Assembly (NCBI RefSeq): GCF_902459465.1
Contig: NC_047064.1
Coordinates: forward strand, 310,001 to 374,000
Direction of reading: 5' to 3'
Length of the DNA: 64,000 bases
Source of the DNA: Asterias rubens
Lineage: Eukaryota
The notes beneath the pieces were generated by a model, which saw only the letters and a list, made by a program, of their open reading frames with translations, searched no databases and was not told the origin of the DNA. Of this stretch, positions 45,101 through 57,100 are shown in pieces; the first letter of the stretch is position 1; every line of letters begins with the position of its first letter. The position numbers and the translations under genes were made by a program.

Positions 45101-48100
45101 AAAAATCTGACATAACATCTTTAACAAAGTTCACACTGGAATGGTTTAAAACAAAATGGCTTTTCACACACTTTTAATGTGAGAAACTAGAAGTTAGAAA
45201 CTTTTTCCCCACTTTAATAAGTACTCTGTCTATTTGAAAATGAGTACATTGCAAAACTTGATTTGACCTTGGAACCCTTATTGGAGTGGTTTGTGGTTTA
45301 AAAATAACACAGACAGCCCATCTGAAAAAAGTATGTCTCTACTGAAGAAACTTTGGCTTGTAAGAAACCAGACTTTGTTTTTGCAAGGTACACAATAATG
45401 TGAGATAAAGTCTGCACTGATGGAAGCATCCTGCTGTCCAGTAAATTGACTATCTAGTTTTGTAATATGGCCTTTCCCCAGGCTCGTCACCTGGGTTGTC
45501 ATGTCTGGTTGTGTTGCTATGGTTATTTTACCTCTGACTATTGGATCTCTGTGTGATGTTTATTTAGTTTAAAATGTTTTATTGTATGGGGTGTTGTGCT
45601 GTTCTAACTTGAGGTTGGTGTGTGTCTTGCTGTGTACTAGTTTCCCGTCCACATATTTTGTTTCCCCCTCAAGGACACGCAGCAACTGTTTTATGAAGTT
45701 TTAACTGAACAGTTCAGCAGGAAAAAAATAAAGAATTTCAAAATTGTATCAAATTATTGACTTGAAATAGCTTGACATTGTCACTGTGATAACCTAGATA
45801 TTGAATACAACGATGTTGCTGAAACTCCTAAAACATAATAGGATCATGCTGTTTGTACTTCACTCTCTACAAAAATTCTCACAATGTTCAGTCAGACTAG
45901 CATTTTCATCGGTTTAGAACTTGTATTATTGCCATCAAGAGATTTCCTCCCATTTAAAGAAAAACATCATTAAGTAAAGAAATTTGTTAGAACTTGAATA
46001 AATAGAAGGTCTCTGTAATGACAGCCATTTGATTGCGAGCAAAATCAGGAACACTGTAATATGAAGTGGTTTAGTGTGGGGTACTATACTCAAAATAATT
46101 ATTGGCATAAAACCTTTCTTGGTGACGAGTAATGGGGAGACGTTGATGGTATAAAACATTGTGAGAAACGGCTCCCTCTGAAGTGCCATAGTTTTGGAGA
46201 AAGAAGTAATTTTCCACGAATTTGATTTTGAGACCTCAGATTAAGAAATTGAGGTCTCGAAATCAACCATCTAACTGCACACAACTTCGTGTGACAAAGG
46301 TGTTTTTTCTTTCATTATTATCTCGCAACTTCGATGACCGATTGAGCTCAAATTTTCACAGGTTTGTTATTTTATGCATATGTTGAGATACACCAACTGT
46401 GAAGGCTAGTCTTTGACAATTACCAATAGTGTCCACTGCCTTTAAGCTCTTGTTTGTCAGAGTGGGGGATAATGGCATTGTGGGGTCAACAAGATATTTG
46501 ACAATCATTGCTTTACCCTTCTGATGCGATGAGTTACCTTGATAACATTCTCTTTATCAAACAGGTCCTACCGCACCAGACTTCACCAGTTACTTCACAT
46601 CACCGACTAACCTAAGAGTTGAATGGACTCCAGGAACAGATGATCGAGGAGGAACTGTTAATGGATACAGGCTTCATTACAGACTGGGGTCAAAGGGCAA
46701 GATGGTGAAACTCAAGATCCCTGACTCACCATTAATTTATGATATTACAGGTAAAGTGATCCGCTCATTTGCATAATATGTTGATAATAGTTTATGCAAA
46801 ATATAATTTTGCTCCATTATGTCTAAGCATCAACACAAGGATCTATAAGGCATTTATAGAGTGTTCGCCACAGCGATAAATCCAAATAAAGAAAATGCTC
46901 TTTTTTCCTTTAGCATGATATTGTTCTCTGTCTCAAACTTTTTATACACTATATAAAATATCAGTCGTGTCAGCAAAAAAATAGGAGTATTCACCGACAC
47001 ACGGTTGAATCACATGAGTCCTGTGAGCAAAAGAAACAAAAGAATGAATTGTGTTAACTGGATTCACAAGACACGGAGACTTATTATTGAGATCAATCTT
47101 TCATGTCTCACAGTACTTGTTCAAATAAAAACAGTTTAATTCATGTTAAACTTTGTCAGAAATTTGTCTGTAATTTTGATTCTTGTAAAAACAACGTTGG
47201 TCCAGTCAACACTTTGAGCTACAGAAAGCTTTGTGATCTTGTGGATTTTCCCTCAAACTCGAGCCCTGTGCCAAAAATAAAACTTGATTGATACTTTTGG
47301 GGTTGGTAGTGTAATCAGAGCATACATTCCCCAAGTAACATTTTGTAAGGAAACATTTTGTAAATAAGTAGCACTTAAAAAGTTCTAAACAGATTAATAT
47401 TTCCTTCTTGTATTAGTGTTATTATGATGATTATGTTTGTTTTCTAGGTCTCCAGAATTGTGGAGATTATTTTGTAAGGATGGCAACAACTACAACTTCT
47501 GGTTTGAGTCGTTACAGTAGCTTTGCATCAGCAGAGAGTAAGTAACCTTTATACAGTTATAATCTTTTCAAATTTATGGGATTTTTCATCTTTTATTTTG
47601 TTATCAACTGATTATTTTTTTCTTCAAACTTACAGTCCTTTTTTTAAGTGGCGTTGGTTAAGTCTTGAATGAAAATTTGTATAAAAGTTGGCTAACATTC
47701 AAAGTATTACAAAATATAAATCTAATAAAAAGAGAGAAGTTTTCAGAGAGCTGTAGAAGCACACTTAACATATATTTGTTTATTCTGTTTTGTTTTTTTA
47801 ACATAAATTGTTTTTGTTATTGGATAATCCAGAAGTTGCATCAGCGCCCAAGAATCTGAACGTGGTTGCACAGTCTGGCACATCAGCAATGGTAAACTGG
47901 ACCCCTCCATCCAAAAGTGCTTGCATTGGTGGTTACCAGCTACAATATGGTCCCAATGAGAATAGTCTGAACACGATGACGCTACCTGCGGACTTAGACC
48001 AGTACATCCTAGGGGATTTACAGTCGGGTACCAGCTATCTGCTGACGTTAGCAGCTACTTCTACGGGTGAGGTGGGAGAGGAAGCTTATGCACAGTGGTA

Positions 48101-51100
48101 CCAAGGTAAGATGGAAGTCCTACACATTCTGATATCACTTTTACTGCATGCCCTCTGAGTAAGATATTGGGGTGCATTCTATTCTTATCAATAAGGCATG
48201 CTACTTTCCTTGGATCAGCTGATTTCCTCTTTTATTCTCAGTTTTACCATTCAAAATTGAAAAAATACTATACAAAATCATTACAATTTGAATTGACCTC
48301 TTTTTTTGTGAAGTTACAGTTGCATGCCTGATCATTACTGTTTGACCTCTAAGGTGGTTTAGTGGAATGACTTAAATATATAAGGTGTAAAAATTGTGTG
48401 ATGCCATGTTTCTTTTGGTAAGTACTTGGTGACTTCTCTGATGTGACAACTTTTAGATATAAGACATTCTAAATAGTAAACTTTTATTTTGAGGGAGTGT
48501 TGGCTCTAAAAAAGAGCCTGTGTGGTTTTGCCTATCAAACATATACTCTGCTCGTCTTCAGGAGAATTTTTTAGATCTGGTTTTGCTTCATCATGTAACC
48601 TTACTTTTCTAGTTGAGACCTAAAGGACTAAAAAGAGATACTGAGATAGGTTACCAGACTACAACACTGGAACTATGTATCAAGACCTGAGTGATCGCAT
48701 CAATGGTTTGCATTTATTGTACCTTTTTTAATAATCACAAACTAGATATTTGAACGAAGCAATGTGGGAACATAAACTATAATTGTTAACAGAGGTTATT
48801 GTGTCCAATCAGCACCAGAAAGTTCATCTAAAGTACCTCCAATACCAAGAAGGATTCGAAGCAGCCAGTCCGACACAGAGATAGTGGTAACTTGGGAACC
48901 TCCATCAGATACAAGTATTCCAATTGAAGGATACACCCTGACCTATGGAGAAGGAGTTGCTTCTGAGCACCAACGAAGATTCACAAGTACTCAAACTGAG
49001 TTTACCATCACCGATCTTATTCCTGATACTTCATATGTTCTCAGTCTGAAAGCATTTAATCAAGCTGGTGAAGGGAAGGCATTGGTTTTAGAAGCCTCAA
49101 CAGTGCCAAGCAGTAAGTTAATCGTCAGCTATTTCCTTGCAATCTGAACTTCGACTCAAAGAGAAGATCTTTGTTTCTTACTGAAAGCTTTTAAAGCACA
49201 ATACACATTCATAATCTGAACATACATCCTCGGGGATAAACTAGAATTTACCCTTTGGGCTGTTTTAGTTCTTCAATTCAATAAAATTCAAAAATTGTAT
49301 ATTAAAACATGTATCGCAGTTAAAACTGAACACATGCTAACATCAAATATGTTTTAAAAATACATCAAATAGAAATTAACAATAAGGAGATAAACAAGAA
49401 GTTATTCTCTGTTTGGAAAGGATCTTACATACATTGTGTTAACAGTCAATGACAGTCAATGTTTCAGCGTAACAACTGGTGAAGTTGAGTGTCAAATCAG
49501 TTCATTACAATGACCTTGGTGTTAAACAATACTACATTTTTTCAGTGCCAGGAAGTGTGGTTCCTCCAATACCACTAGGCATTCAAAGCAGCCAGTCCGA
49601 CACAGAGATAGTGGTAACTTGGCAAGCCCCGTCTGATGCAAGTATTGAAGGATACATCCTGTCCTATGGAGTAGGAGCTCCGACTGAGTACCGAGAGCGA
49701 TTTCCAAGTACTCAAACTGAGTTTACCATCACTGATCTCATCCCCGATACTGCATATGTACTCAGTCTGAAAGCATTTAATCAAGTTGGTGAGGGGCCGG
49801 CATTGTATTTACAGGCCTCGACAGTGCAACAAAGTAAGTCTCCTGATTACACTTTCAAGCAGCATGCTTCATCATAAATTTTCATCATTGCTTAGTTGCC
49901 AAAATTAGTGTCTCAATTTAGTGCTGTCCTTCATCATCAAAGTACCATCCTTTCAGTCTCAGTTTAGTACCCAGCTCATTCACAATTATTTCATCATCAT
50001 CGCTTACAGGTCAAAATTATAGTCTTATCATCAAGTAATACTGCTTTCCATCATCAAGCAAGTAACTAGCTCCATTCATCAGTTAAGTTAGTACTCTCCG
50101 TCATCTTCCATCTTCATGCTAGTATCATCTTTTGTCGTCAAGGGAGTACCGTCTCTCATCTTCATGTTAGTGTCAAGGTAGTACCATCCCTCATATTCAA
50201 TGTAGTACCATCTTCAGGTGTCAAGGAAGTACCCCACTTCATCTCATTTTCATGAGATAGTCCTCTCCTTCATGATGGCATCAATGCCATCATGCATCAT
50301 CAAGTTAGTACCCAACTTCATCATCATATTCATAAGCCAGCCATCTACTTTATCATGAAGTTAGCACCATCTTTCATTGGCAAGTTAGCACCCAGCTCCT
50401 TCATATCCATCAGTAAGCTCTCTCCATCATGATACTAGAAGCCCCACCACATCATCAAGTACCCAGCTTCATCATCATATTCATTAGAAATTCACGTCCT
50501 TCGTGATAGAGTCAGTTTCACCTCTCATTTTCTCATAAGTACTATCTTTCATTGGCAAGTTAGCACCCAGCTCCTTCCTATCCATCAGTAAGCTCTCTCG
50601 ATCATGATACTAGAAGCCCCACCACATCATCAAGTACCCAGCTTCATCATCATATTCATTAGAAATTCACGTCCTTCGTGATAGAGTCAGTATCATCTCT
50701 CATTTTCTCATAAGTACCATCTTTCATTGGCAAGTTAGCACCCAGCTCCTTCATATCCATCAGTATGCTCTCTCGATCATGATACTAGAAGCCCCACCAC
50801 ATCATCAAGTACCCAGCTTCATCATCATATTCATTAGAAATTCACGTCCTTCGTGATAGAGTCAGTTTCACCTCTCATTTTCTCATAAGTACTATCTTTC
50901 ATTGGCAAGTTAGCACCCAGCTCCTTCCTATCCATCAGTAAGCTCTCTCGATCATGATACTAGAAGCCCCACCACATCATCAAGTACCCAGCTTCATCAT
51001 CATATTCATTAGAAAATTCACCTCCTTGGTGATAGAGTCAGTATCATCTCTCATTTTCTCATAAGTACTATCTTTCATTGGCAAGTTAGCACCCAGCTCC

Positions 51101-54100
51101 TTCATATTCATCAGTAAGCTCTCTCCATCATGATACTAGAAGCCCCACCACATCATCAAGTACCCAGCTTCATCATCATATTCATTAGAATTTTCACCTC
51201 CTTCGTGATAGAGTCAGTATCATCTCTCATTGTCTCATAAGTACTATCTTGCATTGGCAAGTAAGCACCCATTTCCATCGAATTCATCAGTTGTGTCTCT
51301 TCTTCAAGGTGTTAAACAGCCTACCATCTCTTATCATCAAGTACCAACCTCCAGCATCATATTTTGAGTTAGTCGTCTCTTTCATAAAGTTGATAACATC
51401 TTCCATCTTCAATCAATGTAATAAAGCACTGAACAGGTACAAGATGCATGGGCCCAGAGCCAGGAGGAACGATGAGTGCGCAGGCACGCCTGTGCAGTTG
51501 GAGCAACCTGTCTGGAAAGACGACCAGAATGTCTCGATAAGCAGTGTATGTTACACTGTCTCTTCTATTGTTACTCTCTAGTCTCATTTGTTAACTGACC
51601 TACAGTCATCTTCACATCAGTTGCCTTATTTAACAACTTACCTTTTTCCATCAGTTGTCAGTTTCCATAGTTTACTGTTTTCCATTTGTTGCCATATATT
51701 ATTATTTGCCTATTTCCATCAGTTGCCTTTTTCCATAATTCCTTTTCCCATAATTTACCTTCTTTCCATCAGTTGCCTTTTTCCATAGTTCCCTTTTTTT
51801 CATTAGTTGCCTTTATCCCTCAGTTCCCTTTTTCTATCAGTTGCCATCTCCACTCAGTTGCCTTTTTCCATCAGTTGCCTTTTTTCCCACCAGTTACTTT
51901 TTTCAATCACAAATATCCAACGATTTTCAACTCCAGTGTTTTTTATGAGTTTACTTTAACAACATTAATGTTACCTAACATTCTAACCTGGTCAGAAGCC
52001 AAATATGCCTCATAATTTCAGTCTAGACAGTCAATTACAATGTAATCCTTTTTCACAACTTCCAAAAGATGTCTCCAGCAGACCGAAACTAATTTGTGTG
52101 ACCCATTCTTCCATTCTGTGGTTGATTTGGGAAGCTTTTTTACAGGCCCAATTTCATCGCTATGCTCAAGTTCTTAACAATTTCCTGCATAGCAAAAATG
52201 AGAAGGATACCAGTCACTGAATGGCATATGTGCCATGATGTTTGGATGGTAATCCTAAGTTGCTAAGCATTGCTGTTTGTGCTTAGATACTTTTAGGAGT
52301 TACACATGACTTCTTTAAAGTGAACAAGAAATTGTATTTTGGCTGATAACCTTATTCTGGCTTAAAGCAGCCCAGATTATAAAAACAATGAAAAGATTCA
52401 TGTGTACAAATTTAAAATGAGAGTCTTGTTCTATTTCATCCTAAATGGACTACAACAATGAATCCTTGAATTGCTGAGTATTTACAGTGTCATGATAGAT
52501 GAAATAAAATGTGACTTCAAAATTGTAATTTGTCCATCGGGGAATTTAACAATTACTATGTGAAAAGGAGATAAACAAATATACTTGTCGGAATTTACAA
52601 CAACAACAACAACAACAACAACAATATTTTGCACACTTTTTTGTAATGAACTGTCTTGTGCAACTTACTTAACTCATCATATTTTCTTTTTGTATGTGTC
52701 TAGCTGGACCACCAATTGCACCTACAAACATCCGTGCCAATCCAACGTCACCCCAGACTGCCATTATATCATGGAGCCCTACATCATCAGGTCTCACTCG
52801 GTATACCTATCTTTATGGTCCAGTTGGCTCTCCAGATAGTAAACTAACCCAAGGACACATTGAAGCTAGTTCCATGATGGTTGATCTAGAAGGATTAGAT
52901 CCTGGTGTGGAGTACGTGATTAAGGTTTCATCAGTCAATAATGTTGGTGAGAGTCATCCTGCTTCACTTCTATGGTCTCAACCTGGACCTGCTACACAAA
53001 GTAAGACTCTCTGTCTTTAGGTTTTCTTGTAAATCTTTTCAAGTTTTCTTACAATTTAGTCTACTGATGGTCTGTCACAATCATAATCGTTCTGCTGAAC
53101 TAAGGACCATCTTAGGTCTTGTACTAAACTCAATGGCATAACTAAAGGGGCAAGTGAAGCATGGGGAATGTCGACAGATCATTATGTGTGGCTTCTCCAT
53201 GAGTTTAAAAAATACTCTTTCAAGAGATCTTTGCACCACCACATCCTTTCAGTGCTTCAAGTTCAGTTTAAAAACATATTTTTTTAACTGTTCTTTCTAA
53301 ATCTTAGTCAAATTTTTTGAATAATTGTTACCACTAATTTTCTCTAAAGTGCGCCTTTATTGACAGATATGTGCTCGGTATAGATATATTATTATTATTA
53401 TCATGCAATCTTGTACCTTCTTATGTTGATCAGAGCCTCCAGAGATCCCTCTACCAGCTGCTCCTGGTCAAGTCTCAGTCCAAAGCACCTCACCCCGTAG
53501 TGCAGTCATCACATGGACACGCCCTGCAGGAAGCATCCATATTGCTGGATACATTGTAGGGTTCGGACTAACTGGTGCATCACAGAGTGAACTAATGTTA
53601 AGAAGTGTTGCATCAGAACAGCTTGCTCATGAGATTGAAGGCTTGAAAGTTGGTACTAAGTATAGAGCTACAGTTCAAGCATATAATAATGATGGTGATG
53701 GGCCGGTAGCAAGGGCTGAATGGCATCAACAAGATGTACCAGAGCAACTCAGTAAGTACATCCAATTAAAGTTTGATTAGACATGAGAATATTGTGCAAA
53801 ACTGCAATCTATGCTTGAACTTGAATATAGTCATCTGAGAAATTTGAGTCAATGCACAACTTTTATCCCTCGGGGTCTTGTACACAAACACTATGAAAGT
53901 AAAATAAAGAGCACTTAGAAAAAGTAGATCAGTCAAAAACAGAAAACAGAGAGATGTTGAATGGTAAAGTGCATCACTAAATATGGGAAACGGTAAAAAA
54001 TAACCCAAAAAACAAACATATACACGCACAAACGAATACGCCTTGTAGTTGTAGTTAACAGATGTTTCTGTTTAACTGTTTTCATTCATTCGGCCTACAT

Positions 54101-57100
54101 TTTAAGTGTTTACATGTCTAAACTTTTGGCTGTTGGTATAGATTGTTTCCACATGTCAATATATGCCTGTGAAATTTTTTCACAGGACTGGGGAAATTAC
54201 AGAGTATACAGTGCTAACACACATCGGTGTATGGGTAGATAAACCAAAATTAATAAAGTTAGAAAGCTTGATGCAGCTTCAAGCCAAAACTGAAGTTGTC
54301 ATTAAAGATTATTATGACGTTATTAATATTATCCCCCAAGGTTTACCAACCCAACCCAGAGGTGTCTTGGCCTACAGCTCTTCACCATCCTCCATAGATA
54401 TCAGCTGGATGTTATCTGAAATAACGGAACCAATCAGTGGATTTCAAGTTTCCTACGGAACTAATCCAGAAGCTGAAGAGTTCCGAGTTGAAGTAGAGAG
54501 AGAATCAGATTCAGTAGAGATACAAGACTTGAAGCCTGATAGTTTATACTATCTCAAGATTTATGCAATAAATGCAGCTGGGAGGAGTGATGCAGTCAGA
54601 AGAAGTGTACAGACTTTGGGTGAGTTTATTTTGAATTCATGGCCTTGCCCTCAGGATACGTAGTTACACTTTTCGAGGCAACAGGGCCTTTCCCTCAGGC
54701 AACCTAGTTACAGGCAACTTGAAGGCAACCAATTGCAGTGCATGCTACAGGACCATTTTGGTGGCACATGAGTCTTTCTTGAACATTATCTTATAAACCA
54801 CAAGAAAAAAAGGTGATCTTTAAAATGTGAATGGGTTTCCTTCTTGGAGATTGCCTGAAACTGGTTGCTTGTGTGACATACCCCTCAATTCTTAAGATGA
54901 CAAGTCAAGAAAATAAAATGTTTAAGATGATAAGTGAGGAACTTGTGGACCAGGTTGTCTCAGTGGTTTCTTCACTGCCTTTCCCCTCTACACGCCCTGG
55001 TTCACATCCCATCTCAGACCAGAGCCTTGCATTTGGGTTGGGTTTTCAGTCCCTACCTGATTGGGCGAATTTTTCCTACGTGGGGTTTTCTTCTCATAGA
55101 TGAAACATGACGTTCTTCATCATCTCATGTTTTCATACTTAACTATGTTGGATGTGTTCTAAAATAAATTAAAATATAACAAAACGTTGATAGCTAACTT
55201 GCATAGTTTTCCCACACATTCTTATAACAAAACAATGCCTTACAACCTGTTTGTTTAAATACGAAGTCATATTTGTTTTTGACAACAATTTTGTTTCTTT
55301 TATTTCCAGATTTGCCACCTGGTAAGTTTATCTTTTCATTTCTCTTTTCTTTGGGATTTAGTTTCATAAAAAGTGATAATGCCTTTTATGTTTTTTTTGA
55401 AAAGTTTCTCTGCACACGTGTCATTTTGTAATACATTTTGTTTTGTGTTATTCTACAAATTGTTTTAGAAAACTCAACAAACGTTTAAAAACTTTTTTAA
55501 ATGGCATCAAGGAAATTTGAATAGTTTACCTTTATAAACTATAGAGACATAGAGATATGTGAGTGTGATATGCGCTGTACAAAAATGGTTCTTTGTTATT
55601 ATTGTTTTTATTGTTTAAACTCTAAGACAATGAGGAATCTTGATTGTTATTGTTGAATTCTTATGGAGTTACAAATGATTCCTGGTTTGATTTAACACTG
55701 ATGGAGACCTCTTTAGACTATTGATCATGTATACCTTCATCGTGTTATCTCGAAAAACCTGGAGTTTCTGATTCATTGTTGTTTTCACAAATAATTTGTT
55801 TTCCAAAACATTTAATTTCTTAAAGACACTGGACACTATTGGTAATTGTCAAAGACCAGTCTTCTCACTTGGTGTATCTCAACATGTGCTTAAAATAACA
55901 AACCTGTGAAAATTTGAGCTCAATTGGACATCGAAGTTGCGAGATGATAATGAAAGAAAAAAAACACCCTTGTCACATGAAAATGTGTGCTTTAAGAGGG
56001 TAGATTTCTAGACCTCAAAAACACCCTTGTCACATGAAGTTGTGTGCTTTAAGAGGGTAGATTTCTAGACCTCAAATTCAGGCCTAAAAATGCTCTAAGC
56101 AGTGGATATTACAACAGAAAAAAAGTCTGAAATATAAATGTATATATACAGAGGAGCGATGTAATCATCAACAGCAACAGTGCACGGAGCAATTTGGCAC
56201 CCTGCCCTCTGACGAGGAGGATGGGAATACAGTGTGCCCAAGAATCCTTCAAATTCTTAACTGTCTTCAGTTGCTACGGGATACCTGCATGCACGAAGAT
56301 GGGTACCGGGGAAAGGTTGATACAGTTCGTGGCACGTTCCTGAGGAAATCGTGTAATAGAAACCCAAGGTCACCAGCTGCTGGGGAGGTTATTGCAGGGG
56401 TAGCTGCTCCAACAGGTATCCCTTAATGAGGTTGACCCCCTCCAGCACCTTGCCCCCTCCTCCATCTCTCCCTGATAATGGCTCCAACAGGTAGCCCTTA
56501 ATGAGGTTGACCCCCTCCAGCACCTCTCCCCCTCCTCCATCTCTCCCTGATACAGCTCAAACAGGTAGCCCTTAATGAGGTTGACCCCCTCCAGCACCTT
56601 GCCCCCTCCTCCATCTCTCCCTGATAATGGCTCCAACAGGTAGCCCTTTACAAGGTTGACCCCATCCAGCACCTCTCCCCCTCCTCCATCTCTCCCTGAT
56701 ACAGCTCAAACAGGTAGCCCTTAATGAGGTTGACCCCCTCCAGCACCTTGCCCCCTCCTCCATCTCTCCCTGATAATGGCTCCAACAGGTAGCCCTTTAC
56801 AAGGTTGACCCCATCCAGCACCTCTCACCCTCCTCCATCTCTCCCTGATACAGCTCAAACAGGTAGCCCTTAATGAGGTTGACCCCCTCCAGCACCTTGC
56901 CCCCTCCTCCATCTCTCCCTTATAATGGCTCCAACAGGTAGCCCTTTACAAGGTTGACCCCATCCAGCACCTCTCCCCCTCCTCCATCTCTCCCTGATAC
57001 AGCTCCAACAGGTAGCCCTTAATGAGGTTGACCCCCTCCAGCACCTCTCCCCCTCCTCCATCTCTCCCTGATACAGCTCCAACAGGTAGCCCTTAATGAG

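Noticed and set aside
36106-46565. Gene 2 FN3 exons as a continuation or alternative 3' part of gene 1
   Set aside because: Gene 1 ends with P3 and a stop, gene 2 has its own ATG and signal-peptide exon, and extracellular FN3 domains cannot follow the cytoplasmic tail
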